NCBI GenBank assembly: GCA_013239625.1
Contig: MU056000.1
Coordinates: forward strand, 558,001-622,000
Origin: Lama guanicoe
Taxonomy: Eukaryota
DNA: 64,000 nucleotides
Reading direction: 5' to 3'
The notes under the pieces are model-generated. The model saw only the letters and a list, made by a program, of their open reading frames with translations. It did no database searches and was not told the origin of the DNA. Below are positions 1 to 11,857 of the stretch, one piece after another; the first letter of the stretch is position 1; every line of letters begins with the position of its first letter. The position numbers and the translations under genes were made by a program.

Positions 1-59
1 CCAGTCACAGCTTCTGGACGACGCTGGACTGAATAGCAGCCCTGAACACGTGCTCATAC

Positions 60-446
60 GCCTTCCTGGAGCCTATGACTGACACCCGACAGAAAAGGGG
101 TCTTGGCAGACGGGATTAAGAGAGGGATCTTGAGACGGAAGTTGTCCTGGTGGCACTGACTGCCCCCACGTCTCTCTGTGAGGGCGAGGCTGTGGGGCTC
201 CGATGGACCACATGGGAGAGACTGCGACCACCAGCTGAGGTTGGAGGGACGCGGCCACAGGCCCAGGGACACCAGGGCCCCTGGGAGCCTGAGAAGGCAG
301 GAAGGAGCCTCCCCGGAGCCTCCAAAAGGAGCTCCCGTGACACCTGGATACCAGGCTTCTGGCCCCGGAATTGGAAGAGGGTAAATTCCTTTTGTTTGAA
401 GCTGCCCCGTTTGTGGCCGTTTGTCACAGCAGCCCAGACGCTGACC
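60..446 (+). mobile_element. MaLR LTR (MLT1-like), degraded
   Basis: GCAGACGGGATTAAG...GGATCTTGAGA and a 3' end TTTGTGGCCGTTTGTCACAGCAGCCC resembling the MLT1 consensus as I recall it; boundaries approximate. Confidence 0.7.
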
Positions 447-3400
447 TGCTGTCCCCCAGGCGCTCTATCCCTGATAGCTCCTGCTTACTGAAGCCCAGGC
501 CCCCCGCACCCCTGTGCTTACTTGCACGGAGCACCTAGATTGAACTATGCTGGGTCTTCAAAGGGAAGCTCAGGGCAGGTTTCATCTGTTCAGAAAGAAG
601 AGATGCCCACCCTTCTTGGGACAAACCCAGGCCTGGACTAACCGCGAGGGCTGCCGCCTGGAGGCCTTTCGTTCTCCTGGAGCTTCTGGGGGGTGTGACA
701 GAAGCTCTTGGGGGTCAGAATGTGAGCCCCAGGCCCGTTAGCCACTGAGCACCTGCCACAGACCCGTGTCCACGCCAGGACCTCGGGTGGATCCTGAGTT
801 CAGAAGCCGAGCCCCCAGTGGATGCCGGACACACTCCCAGCCCGTGTCCAGGGCTGCCCAGCTGGCTCTGCTTGGAGGCATGATCACACGCCATGCAGCC
901 AGAGGAAAGGGGGGGCCAGCCCGTGGGGTTTTCACAGGGGTGTCCCCTCCCTGGGGCCTCATGTTTCCAACAGACCATAAGGTTGGGCCAGGGCACTCAG
1001 AGGTTTTTAACCAGACTGTAGCAGGCAGACGATGGAGCGGGTCTTCTCACGGCACTCGCCTGGCCCAGGTCTCCATGGGGGCAGCAGTAACTCCGGCCGC
1101 CCCGGTTTCCTGGAGGACTTCCCGGGAGCCAGGAGATGGGAAACGGAGAGCTTTTGCTCTGTCAAGAGTGTGGGGTTTCCAAGGTCAGCAGGCGGCCCTG
1201 AAGACCCAGGAAGGTGATCACAGATGCACCAAAGTCTGAAGGAATATGTGAACGTTGACAGTGGAAAAGCAGATGCATTCAGGAGGTGGTTATTTGTGTC
1301 GCCGAAGGTTTCCCCTCCGATCACCGGGACATCCCCACGCCCATGTGGCCTGAAACAGGAGTCCATCTCCTGCGCCTCGACCAGGGTGTGTGTGGCCCCC
1401 CCAGACCTGGCACCACAGGGTGGACAGCCCAGCGCCGATGCAGGGTGGGGACCCCTGGACCACCTGGGAGGCCGGGAACTGAGATCTCGGGGGAAATCTC
1501 TGACATCTCCGTGCCCATGGGCAGCGGTGGGAAACGTCTGGTGGGCCTGACCTGGACAGATGGGCTGTACTGGGCCTCAGAGCAGGACCTATCCAGGTCA
1601 GGGGCCACCTCCCGGGAGGACAGAGAACTCAGTTCTGTGCTGTGGCTCGTGAAGCAGACGGCCTCGGGAGTCTGAGTTTAGGACAGAGTCATGGCAGGCT
1701 GTGTGGGTGGTGGCCTCTGGGGGCAGTGACCCACGAGCCTGGGGTCTCCCCGAGAGCCCCTGCAGGGTGAGAGGGGCAGGGATGGGACCATGGGGGCCCT
1801 GATCCCATCCCCGGGGCCAGCAGGGCGCCCGGCAGGCGCTGGAGAGTGAACGCACGATGCTGCAGGGCTGCAGGAGGTGGGAGCCAGGAGGCGAGGGGAC
1901 AGCAGCCCAGGCCGGGCCCAGGGGTCAGCAGAGCCGACATCACATACGGTGCCAAGGACCCTCTCCAGGCAGGAGGGAGGGGCGAGGGTGGGGGCCAGAA
2001 CGGAGTGACAGGCGGGGTTGGAGGGTTTTATATGCAGGAGACTGGGGCTCCTTTCTCGGGGGGCAAAGGGCATGAGGAGGGAGGTTGGCGCTGGGGGGGT
2101 TCTGCAGCAGGAGGGGCTCAGAGCAGGGCCGGGTGCACGGTTAGCACGGCTGGGGCATCCCAAGAGGGGTGGGGTGGGCCCCGCCCCAGGGGAGGTGCTG
2201 CTACGGGAGGGGGCCTTGCCTGGGGACGTTAGAGATGGGCTTCCGTGTGCACCCCAGTCTGGCTTGAGGGCCCTGGCTATCTGGACGCTTGGGAGGTCAC
2301 CCGGCAGGGAGCGGCCGCACTCCTGGCCAGCAGCCCTGCAGTGGGTCTCCGACGTTGCAATTAAAGCTCTCGGCCCTTCTGTGTCTCCAAAGCAGAACGG
2401 ATTAACGGGCATTTCTGTGTGACCAGGATGGATTCGACTGAAGTCACCAGTCACAGGGACGAGCAGGGTTGCTTCTCCCACAGACGCCCTCTTTTCCCGC
2501 ACGGGCCCCGCCCTGCGCCTCAGAGGTTGCTGCTGACTGGGGTCCACGCTGCGCCGTCTGACGTCGGGCTGAGTGTGGGTGAACGTTTCCTCAGATGCCC
2601 CACGCTTCCGCCGCCTCAGGGACCGTCACGGCTGGCCGTCGTGATCGCTGCGACCCCGGGGTCATCCCGGGCCGTCGGCGTTGTGTCGCTGTGTCATTAT
2701 TGTGTAATTGTAGCATTACTGTGCTTTTTGTTACTGTGGTGTTGGGAGCGTCTCAGGGTCCCACCAAGGGTCTGTGCAGACTTTCTGTCTTGAACCTTCC
2801 GCCGGCCCAAAGCGTTTATACCCTTGTCTGTAACTAACACAATCGCCAAAAGCAAGTGCTCACATTATTTTAAAAACAAGATTGGAACGTATTTTTGAAC
2901 TTTCAGCTAATTCAGCCTTGCGTGTTAGGGTGCCTGGCTGTGCCTGTCTCCCTTTGGCATCTCGGCTGCATCATGGGAGCGACTGAGACTCCCAGGCTGC
3001 AGCCCGCCGCTCGGGCTGCCTGCTGCCGAGCCCTGCGGGAGCTGGTCTCCGGGCTCCGGCCGTTTCACCCGTGACGTTGGCTCTTTCCGCAAGAAATGCT
3101 GTGCTCCGCCCGGCCTCAGATCCTTCCATCCAGAGTGGGCGGCTACCGCCGATATGTTTACTTCTGTGATTGTAACCAGATGGGCGTGGGAGGCTCGGGC
3201 TGGGCTGGGATCCTCTGGAACTGTGCAGGGTCTGGGCGTCTGACCCCCGGAGCCCGGCTGGACGCCTGGAGAGGGCACGCGGTGGAGGTCTCTTAGTGAT
3301 CAGGAGTTTTATTTCTTATTAAAACAAACTCCAGCCCATTTCCCACCTGGCACCCTAAGAAACCACAGAGGCAGCCTTGTTCTGAGGGGGTGACGCACGT

Positions 3401-5495
3401 GGCGGTTCAGGGCAGGGATTAGGAGGGAGGAGGATGCGGGGGGGGGCTGTGGGAGCTCCGGAGACAGACAGCAGGGGTCCCCCTCCTTCCTGGGCCCGGC
3501 GATGCCAGCTCCACCCACTCATCCCCTCGAAGCTCCGTCGGCACAGCAATGCTTCCTGAACGATCCAGGTCCTCCCGCAGTGGCCCTCGACTGGCCGGCT
3601 TCCTTCCCGCGACGTGCACGGGGTCCCCTGGCCCAGGGGGCATCTCGTGCAGACAAGCCTGTCTCTGCCCCCGGCTCCGCCCTTGCTGCAGCCCCAGCGA
3701 GCCTGTCGGGGTTCCCTTCCCGACACAGAGGGCCGCTGGGCTGGTCCTCAGCACACTGGGCAGCGTGCGCCCACAGTCACAGGCGTGTGTTCGTCTCCTC
3801 GTTCCCACATTCAGGTACTTCAGGGTGTTTTGTGTTTGTTGTCAAGGAACCTCGTCCTTCAAAAGGACTGGTTTGTACATCTGGGCCAAAACGTTACGGG
3901 GTTTCCATGGTTGGGCTTCACCTCATTTGTGCTCAAGCCTCAGACAGAATGAGCTGGAGGCGCAGTGCTGCATTTGAGGGCGGCCTGTGTCCCTTCTCTC
4001 CTGCCAATGGACATGGCCCCCTCGAGGGGGCTGGCGGGCCTGGTGCGAGGGTGCTGGGTCCGGCTGGTGCCACCGGCCCCGGTGAGAACCTGGGAGTGGT
4101 GACAGCGTCACGGCCACATGGAGCCTCCTGTTTCCTGCAGTGAGTGGGGCACCGCAGGCCAGAGTGAGGGTGCCGCCAGGCCACACATGGGGTCACATGC
4201 GCCCGATGAGCCGTGAAGGCGGAGGCCCCTCCACGTGTGGTCTCCCTGACGCCAGCTAGTCCCTGGACGTGGTCCCTTCTGGGTGGGCCTGAACACCTGG
4301 GCACGCCCTCCAAGGTCTGGGCCAGCCGGTCCTGGACTCAACCTCTTGGTGAGAATGCTCCCAGTTTGTCCAGATGACAAGGAATGCCAGCAGGATGATC
4401 TGAGACAGTACCAAACCGTGGAGGTGGCGTCAGGCCCTTCTGTGGACAGGGTGGGAGCCAGTCCCCTCCCCACTGCCTGTAACCAGGGTGGCAGCTGATC
4501 AGAGCCGTCCAGCAGGCACTGCAGGGACTCTGACCAAGGTCCCAGAGCACCCGGGATGTCAGGTGACCTTGTGGGGTGACCCCACTGGGCCTCCTGCCGT
4601 GCTGGGCCCGGGCCAGGGCCTGAGCCCGCGGGAGAGAGGAGAGACCCTGTGACCCGGCTGCGATAGTGCCCCGGGGCCTGGAGGGCTGGCGGGCGGGCAG
4701 CTGTGGGGGCCCACGTCCACATGCACACAGCCTCCCCTGTGCACCCCTGGCCGTGCTCTCAGCAGCTCCACACCCTCGGCAGCAGAAACGGAAATGCTGG
4801 GAACCGAGGCCTGCCCGGTTCCCGGGGCGCTGCCCTGCGACCGCCTACCAGGGACCGGGAAGCGGCCTGGCCATGCTGCACCCGCCTCCTGTGTCCGTGC
4901 TCTTACTTTTGTGGCCTGTCCCCGAGGACCACGTGAACGTCTGTCCTGTAGTTTCCCGGCGGAATTGTCCTTTGGATTTGTTGGAAGTCTGGTCCCATTT
5001 TTCCATAACTGCTCTTGGGGCGGCTGTGGAAGCGGGGGCCTTCCATCTGGGCCCTCGGCCGCCCGGGGGAGGTGCCGGCCCCCGGGTTCACGAGTACATG
5101 GGGCAGCTCAGCCCAGTTCTTGTCGGGCTCCGGCAGGGGGTGCCACGGGCGGGCTGGGGAGCAGAGGGCGGGTGGGTCTGCTCGCAGCCTGCTGTCTTGT
5201 TCGGCACCGCCTCTCCTGGCAAAGACTGGCAGTGAGCCTTGTTCTCAGGGTGGCCGCGCAGTTGTGGGCACTGTTGCAGGCGCCCTATCTAGTCCTGGAG
5301 ACAGTTCTGATAGAACCGGACAACACCGTGGGACGTGCGTTTGTTTTACTTTAAAAAACCCAAGGCTTAGTGAGGTGTGGGGAGGTTGGCGTTTCTGGAT
5401 CGTGATTGCCTGACACCCCAGGGCGTGGGGTTCGGTTCGGTTCCCAGATCTCGTACTGGAACGTCCACAGTCTGCCCTGTTCTTTCTCCCTGCAG

Positions 5496-5556
5496 GAGCT
5501 GCCCAGCGGGGACCCCAAGGAAGGACATTTCCGGGAGGACCAGGGCCCACTAGAGG
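5496..5556 (+). CDS. NKD2: NKD2 exon 4 (61 nt)
   Basis: ctccctgcag|GAGCTG...CTAGAGG|gtaagg; ELPSGDPKEGHFREDQGPLE. Confidence 0.93.
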
Positions 5557-8500
5557 GTAAGGCCCAGCATGCTGTGTTAGTGTCAGGCTGTCCCAATGGT
5601 CAGCATGTGAAATGCAGCCGCCCTGAGTGGCCCCCATGCACGGGCGTCCGCGGTGGAGGGTCTTCTGTGCGGCACGGCAGATGGTCACCAGGCTTCTCTG
5701 GGGGACGGGTCCCAGGGTGAGTGTCCCTATCGTGTGGGCAAGGAGTCGCTCCGGGTGCCAGGAGGCCAACCAGCAGGGCTGCTTCAGAGGGGCCCTGAGA
5801 GCCCTAGTCAGGAGCTCGGGCACCGAGCATCCTCCCGGCAGCTGGACGAGTGCCATCGGCAGGTGCGAGAGGAGCACACCCGGGCGCCCACCCTGGGGAG
5901 CAAGTGCGCCCGGGAGCAAGAGCTCATGGTCCACCCTCACCCAGAGGTCAGGGAGGGCGCTGCCCAGTGCACAGGCCTCCGTGGACTCGGGTTGAGGGTT
6001 GTTGGGCGACCGGGCCGTGTCGCTGGGCAGGGGAAGCCAGACGATGCCGTGATTCTCCTGGGGGCCCCGCGGGCAGGGACCTCCTTGTGGGCCTGCAGGC
6101 CTGCCTTCTCCCGGCCCTGTGCTTCGAAGCGACTGCTGGCCAGGTGGGGCAGAGGCAGAGAACACACCTGACCGTGACTCAGCCAGGGTGGAGGGAGCTG
6201 GGGACACACCTGGCCGTGGCTCAGCCGGGGCGGGGGGATCTGGGGACACACCTGGCCGTGGCTCAGCTGGGGCGGGGGGATGTGGGGACACACCTGGCCG
6301 TGGCTCAGCCGGGGCGGGGGGATCTGGGGACACACCTGACCGTGACTCAGCCAGGGTGGAGGGAGCTGGGGACACACCTGGCCGTGGCTCAGCCGGGGCG
6401 GGGGGATCTGGGGACACACCTGGCCGTGGCTCAGCCGGGGCGGGGGGAGCTGGGGACACACCTGGCCGTGGCTCACCTGGGCGAGAGCTGCTCAGGTCTC
6501 TTGGTGCCTAGTGTCTGGCAAGGCCAGGTTCTTGGCTCAGAACCGTCCTGGAGGGGCCCAGAGGCTCCGCAAGGACTCTGGGGCTCTCGGGCCACCCTTT
6601 CCCACGCTCTCTGCCCTGCAGCATCAGCTGGGCTGGGCCTGGGCGGGCGGCCCTTCTCACCTGTCTTGTCGTCTTGTCGCTGCAGTGGTGCTGCCGCCTG
6701 AGAAGGCTGAGGGCCGAGAGGGCCTGGGGCAGCTCTTGAGCCCAGAGGATGGAGAAAGAGCGGCAACCCGCGAGGGCCCCCGAGGCCTGGGCAAGAAGCG
6801 CCTGAACGTTGACGTAGGTCTTTGCTCCTGCCTCCCTCGTGGGGCGGGGCCGACGGCCGGGATGGACGTCCCTGCGCCCTGCAGCCTGGGCCGCTCCCCT
6901 GAGGTTCAGCGGGCTGGGGGAGTTACAGGGCCCTGGGCTGGGCTGCTCCGGCGGGCAGGCTTCAGGGGTGGAGGTGTCGCCGTGGCTAGCCAGTGTGATG
7001 CCAGGTACTGAGCGATGTCCCCGGGCGTCCCTGCAGCACAGGGGAGTGACCCAGAAGCTGACTTCACAGACCATCCCGTCTCCCCCACCCGCTTAGGAGG
7101 GGAGGGGTCCGTTTTCCTGGAGTGAGGCGAGGCTCGGGGGTCCCTGCCCAGGGGTGAGGCCAACACTGCTGCCTCTGCCCCTGTGCACCCCCATAGGCGC
7201 TCCAGTGTGATGTCTCAGTGGAGGAAGACAGCCACCAGGAGTGGACGTTCACCCTGTACGGCTTCGACCACAGTGGGAAGGCCACCAGAGAGGTGACTCA
7301 CTTTGTCTGCATCAGACCGTCCCCGCGAAGGGCACTGGTAGCAGACGGATGGCAGTGCCGGATCTCTGTGATAGGGAGATGGGCTGAGCCTGCCTAGGGT
7401 GGGAGGAGAGGCCGGGACACTTCCCAGGAGGCAGGCTGGGGTGGGTGGGTGGGAGGGGAGCCACCATGGTACCCAGGTGATGGGTGGAGCCGGCTGGAGT
7501 CCGTGTCACCTCCCGTCACCTATGCAGCCTGCATCTGCCCTGGCCAGCAGCCCCTTGGCCAGGCGGTGAGGGTCCTGGGAGTGTCCCTGGTGCTCGGTTC
7601 TGCTGGGCTGTGTGTCTTGGAGGCACATGGTGCTCCTGGAAAGGAAACAGGCACATAGGATGACTGAAATAAGTGTGTTTATGTTAAAAACAAAACGTTG
7701 ATAGTTGACCAGGTTGCTAATTTCTTTGAACATGGATTCAGTTTGAAGTTTACAGAGTCAGAGAGATGTGCCTCCAGCAGGGCCGCTGACTCGGGCCTCC
7801 CGGTGCCCGCACCAGGCTGAGGAGGGCTGCTCAGATGAGCTGCCATCTCGCCGCGCTCTGTCAGGATGCTGAGCGAATCAAACAGGCAGGCAGCCTGGAG
7901 GCGGCAGCGGGCAGCATGACTTGGGCAGTGTCCCCTCAGTCTGCCTGTGTCCATGACACACCCATGCCACCCTTAGGACATGTCCAGCCTGATGCACACC
8001 ATCTACGAGGTTGTCGACGCCTCGGTCAGCCACTCCTCGGGCAGCAGCAAGACCCTCCGTGTGAAGCTGACTGTCAGCCCGGAGCCCTCCAGCAAGAGGA
8101 AGGAAGGCACCCCCACCGGCCAGGGTGAGGGCCAGGGCTCTGGGGCTGCAGCGGCCCCCCAGATCAGACGCCAGAAGACCCTGCTCTAAATGGCCGCCCA
8201 CACTCCCTGCAGCCACCCCTCCTGCCCCCGGCCCCCACGCTGCGTTTCCCCATCGCTCCTAACTCCTGCTCACTGCGCCATGGGCTCCTTGTTAACCGTG
8301 TCTGCTGTTCAGTGTCCCCATCGGACAAAAACCTCTGTGGTTTCCTGAACATGGAAGGCGGGGCTTGGCATCTGGCAGGGCCTCGAAACTGTTTGGTGAA
8401 GGAATGACTGAGGGCGTGAGTACTGGAGAGAGAGAGTGAGTGAGTGAGGGAAGAGTGAAGAGGGGTGGAGGGAGGGAGGGAACGTATGCCCACCTGTTGC

Positions 8501-9887
8501 AGACCGGGAGCCCACGCGCTGCAGGACAGAAGGGGAGCTCACCGAGGACCCCAGGGTGGCGGACAAGAGGCTGTCTGCGCACGTCAGGTGAGGGGCTGGG
8601 ATCCAGGTCCACCCTCCTCAGATGGGAGCAGCCCACCCTGTCCTTGCTGCCCACCGGCCTCAGGGGCCGTCTGCCCAGGATGGGCACCGGGGTGCGGAGG
8701 CCTGGACGCCGGCAGGGAAGCCTGGGCACGCCCTACAGTTGGGGTGGAGGCCAGCGCTCGGGCCGGGGCTGAGAGGCCGGGGGCGTGGAGGGGAGCAGTG
8801 GGTTGGCCTGCAGACGCCCGGTGCCCTTGCCCCGGCGCCCTTGCCCCGGCGCCCTGTGGTCCCACTCCTGCGCTGTGGTGGTGACTGGGGTGGCGGCCGC
8901 AGAGCCCCAGCAGGTGTCCCAGGTGAGCCCAAAGACAGCACAGGCCAGTGGGTACGACTGTGGTTCTGGTGGTGGGAGCCTCTTGTCCCGGTGGGGGTGC
9001 TGGTCGGAGCCTGAGGAGTCAGGATTGCTCCCTGTGCCCCACGCAGGAGGCCCAGCGCGGACCCCAGCCCCTGCTCCGAGCGGGGGCCGTACTGCGTGGA
9101 TGAGAACACTGAGCGGAGAAACCACTACCTGGACCTGGCTGGCATCGAGAACTACACGTCTAAGTTTGGACCCGGTAGGTACCGGAGACCCAGCCCCCGC
9201 CCTGCGCCGCCTCCAAAGGTGGGCTCAACAGGCGTGTGGGCGTGGGCCTGGTCCAGGTGAGATGTCCAGGCCCTGCAGAGGGCCTCACAGGTTCCTGTGT
9301 CCTCAGGGTCCCCCCCAGGGCAGGCCAGGCAGGAGCACCAGGCCAAGGCCCTGCACCCCCAGACCAGGTCCCGCTCCCAGGAGTCGGACGCACACTCCGC
9401 GCACCACCGCCGGTGTCCTGCACCGGCCGACCATGCCCTGCTGGCCGCAGAGCCTGTCCCCCGCGCCCTGGACCTGCAGCCCCGGCTGAAGGGGCAGGAG
9501 AAGCAGTTCCTGAAGTCCCCCCAGGGTGCGGGGAGGCCACCCGGGGCGCCCAGCGGGGCGGGGAGGCCCGGGAGAGCCTTCAGCTACCACCCGCCACCAC
9601 CCCCATCCCAGGCCCCCCAGGATGGCCACCACCCCCCGCAGCCCCCGCCCCAGCCCCCGCCACCGCCCTACGGCCACAGGCGGTGCCGGCAGAAGGGCAG
9701 GGAGGGCCCCTCGCCTCTCAGGGCTGCGCTGGGCCAGCCCGCGGTGCTGGAGCACGAGGTGGTGCGGGACCTGCCGCCCCTGCTGCTGGGCGAGGCCTGT
9801 GCGGTGCCCGTGGTCCAGCGCCATGAGCACCACCACCACCACGAGCACCACCACCACCACCACCACCACCACCACGCCCCCTCCTAG
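5496..9887 (+). CDS. NKD2: Naked cuticle homolog 2, 5'-partial (exons 4-10; exons 1-3 lie upstream of the window)
   Basis: join(5496..5556,6686..6813,7197..7292,7977..8124,8503..8587,9047..9174,9307..9887). All introns are GT-AG with consistent phases; 1227 nt in frame. Contains the EFX region (QEWTFTLYxFDxSGKxTREDMSSLM), ENTERRNHYLDLAGIENY and the C-terminal poly-His cluster typical of Naked proteins. Confidence 0.97.
6162..6478. repeat. 42-bp minisatellite (~7.5 copies) in NKD2 intron 4
   Basis: Unit ACACACCTGGCCGTGGCTCAGCCGGGGCGGGGGGATCTGGGG starting at 6162, 6204, 6246 ... 6456. Confidence 0.95.
6686..6813 (+). CDS. NKD2: NKD2 exon 5 (128 nt)
   Basis: tgcag|TG...GAC|gtaggt; VLPPEKAEGREGLGQLLSPEDGERAATREGPRGLGKKRLNVD. 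Confidence 0.93.
7197..7292 (+). CDS. NKD2: NKD2 exon 6 (96 nt, EF-hand)
   Basis: ccatag|GCG...GAG|gtgact; ALQCDVSVEEDSHQEWTFTLYGFDHSGKATRE. Confidence 0.95.
7977..8124 (+). CDS. NKD2: NKD2 exon 7 (148 nt)
   Basis: ccttag|GAC...CAGG|gtgagg; DMSSLMHTIYEVVDASVSHSSGSSKTLRVKLTVSPEPSSKRKEGTPTGQ. Confidence 0.95.
8335..8412 (+). mobile_element. L2 3'-end remnant in NKD2 intron 7
   Basis: CTTGGCATCTGGCAGGGCCTCGAAACTGTTTGGTGAAGGAATGACTGA resembles the L2 tail. Confidence 0.45.
8503..8587 (+). CDS. NKD2: NKD2 exon 8 (85 nt)
   Basis: ttgcag|AC...GTCAG|gtgagg; REPTRCRTEGELTEDPRVADKRLSAHV. Confidence 0.93.
9047..9174 (+). CDS. NKD2: NKD2 exon 9 (128 nt)
   Basis: acgcag|G...CCCG|gtaggt; RPSADPSPCSERGPYCVDENTERRNHYLDLAGIENYTSKFGP. 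Confidence 0.95.
9307..9887 (+). CDS. NKD2: NKD2 exon 10 coding part, ending at TAG
   Basis: cctcag|GG TCC CCC...; SPPGQARQEHQ...EKQFLKSP...EHEVVRDLPP...QRHEHHHHHEHHHHHHHHHHAPS*. Confidence 0.96.
9828..9875 (+). repeat. Coding (CAC)5 GAG (CAC)10 His repeat
   Basis: Read directly; encodes the NKD2 C-terminal His cluster. Confidence 0.95.
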
Positions 9888-10849
9888 CGCGGCCCCGGGC
9901 GCCGAGGGACGCTCGGAAAGGCCCTTCTTCCCTCGGCTCTTCCCGACGGGCATCCAGAGACCGCATCCCTGCCGCTGACGTCCCCGTCACCATGCTGCTC
10001 TGTGTGATCGTAACAGCACACCTGCGCTTACAGAAATACCTGAACCTGCTTTCGTCATGAAACCAAAGTACAGCCCCCCGGCGTCAATGGGTCTGCTCAG
10101 ACGTTCTCGGCGTGTCTTCCTCTGGGGCCTCGCGCTCGGGGTTCTTCAGCTTGTGGGGCCGGGGGTGTGGACTTGTCGCCAGCCCTGAGTGGGCAGGGAG
10201 CTTTGTAGGCCCTCTGGGCTCATCGTTCTTGAAGCCGGGAGCCGTGGCCTGAGGAGCAGCTGCTTCTCCGGGCCCACACGTGCGGTGGCCAGTTCCACCA
10301 CACGAGGCCGGCACAGATCACAGAGGAGAAGGGGGCCGTGCGGGCGGGCGGCGGGTGGCCTAGGAGGCTCCCCAGAGCGCGGCAGAGCAGTCAGGAAAGG
10401 CAGAGCTGGGAGGAGGGTGCCGGCCGGGCTCGGCCTCCGGGCAGCACCGCCAGCATCGTAAGTGGACACAGAGGTGGTCAGCAGGGCCGGGGAGGTGAGG
10501 ACTCTTCCTGAAACCCACTCGCAGACAGTTGGGCAGTAGGTGGGTGTCCCCTCCTCTGTGGACTCGAATCTGAACCATCGGGTTCTCGGGACACAGCTTC
10601 AACTTTGGACAAGCCTGAGTCCCTCCGGGAGGTCGGGAAGAGGGTGGCAGACCAGCAGGACTTCCCAGAGCACGGGCAGTGCTGGTCCTGGGCCTCGGCC
10701 GGGGGCGTCCCCGGGGTGGGAAACTGCTGCCGCTCCGTCCGAGATGAGACTTGTGAATTTGTGCAGCTGGCTTTGTCCTTGGCCCCTCGGCAGTTTTCAA
10801 GGATAAAGCAACTTGGTGGTTGACTTGTGATTGAGTTTTTCCCAGTCAT

Positions 10850-10855
10850 AATAAA
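10850..10855 (+). terminator. Probable NKD2 polyadenylation signal (AATAAA)
   Basis: First AATAAA seen after the stop codon, ~960 nt downstream, in an AT-rich patch and followed by U/GU-rich sequence. Confidence 0.7.
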
Positions 10856-11857
10856 AATATGTGCGTTTTGTAACATGTCATACCTTGTTTAAAGTGAGTT
10901 TCCAAACAGAACCGGGCCGTCCTGCACCAGCACCGGCCACCAGCACAGACAGCAGGCGGCTCGGTGGGGCAGGCACACGCTGCAGCGGGAACACGTGTCT
11001 GTGTCTGCTGATACGTGGGTGGGAGGAGGGTTAACACGCGTGCAGCACACGCCACTCCACACTCACGGGTGACTCCTCCCCACTCGCTGCCCTAAAGACA
11101 CAGCCAGAAACACCTGAGCCCCAAGCTGGGTTCGTGGCCCGGGGACACTTCCCGCCTTCGTCGGGGGCCACGTGGACCAAGGCTCCCATGCTGGCGCTGG
11201 CTCCTGGTGAGTACGTCGCCCGGAGGAGCCGGTGCTCCTTCCCCTCTTCTCTCAGCCCTCTCCACGGGGTGTTCGTGGCTGCTGGAAAGTCCCTCGGGGT
11301 TTCCGAGTAGCTGCCATCTCTGTGAGCCGCGCCCGCGTGCTGGGAGGGCTGGGGGACGCGCACATCGTGGTGCTCCGGGTGTTGCAGAAGCAGATTCAGG
11401 CCGTGCCTGGGGGGCCAGAGGCCAGCGGCCAGGCGGGAAGACTGGACAGGTCCATGTTCCGGCCACATTCTGTTCACTCGCTGTGAGTACTGCACGAAGA
11501 GGTGTTTGCAGAGATCTTATCACCCCCGCCCCTGGTCCCTTTCCCACGTGGAGAGCTCTCGCACATGAGGGGACCTTTCAGTTGGCCCCAGCAGACCCGT
11601 CCAGCCCTGCGACTCCACTCAGCCCTTGGGTGCGTGCTGGCCGACCAGCTGGCAGCTGTGATGAGGCCTGAGCGCTGGCCTCTTTGACTCCAGACCCTGG
11701 TTTTAAAGACAAAATGTGACGGAAACACCATCAAACAGACCAGAAGCTGAGGGAATGCTGCTTGTGGGGCTGGGAAGCAGGGAAGCCCAGCTCCCCGACA
11801 CCAGTGGGCCCAGGACGGTGCACTCGAGCACTACAGGGACAGAAGACCACTCGAGGG

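Noticed and set aside
6162-6478. Possible CRISPR-like array
   Set aside because: Units are contiguous with no unique spacers, the context is eukaryotic and there are no cas genes.
5245-6701. Long ORFs (404, 283, 179 and 130 aa) with 14-aa repeats
   Set aside because: They are translations of the 42-bp intronic VNTR in several frames; no family resemblance.
9630-9670. PQPPPQPPPP micro-duplication in NKD2
   Set aside because: Similar length variation occurs in other mammalian NKD2 proteins as I recall; low-complexity region.
9303-9993. Antisense and alternative-frame ORFs with poly-Val, poly-Thr or poly-Gly
   Set aside because: Shadows of the NKD2 (CAC)n tract and the GC-rich exon 10.
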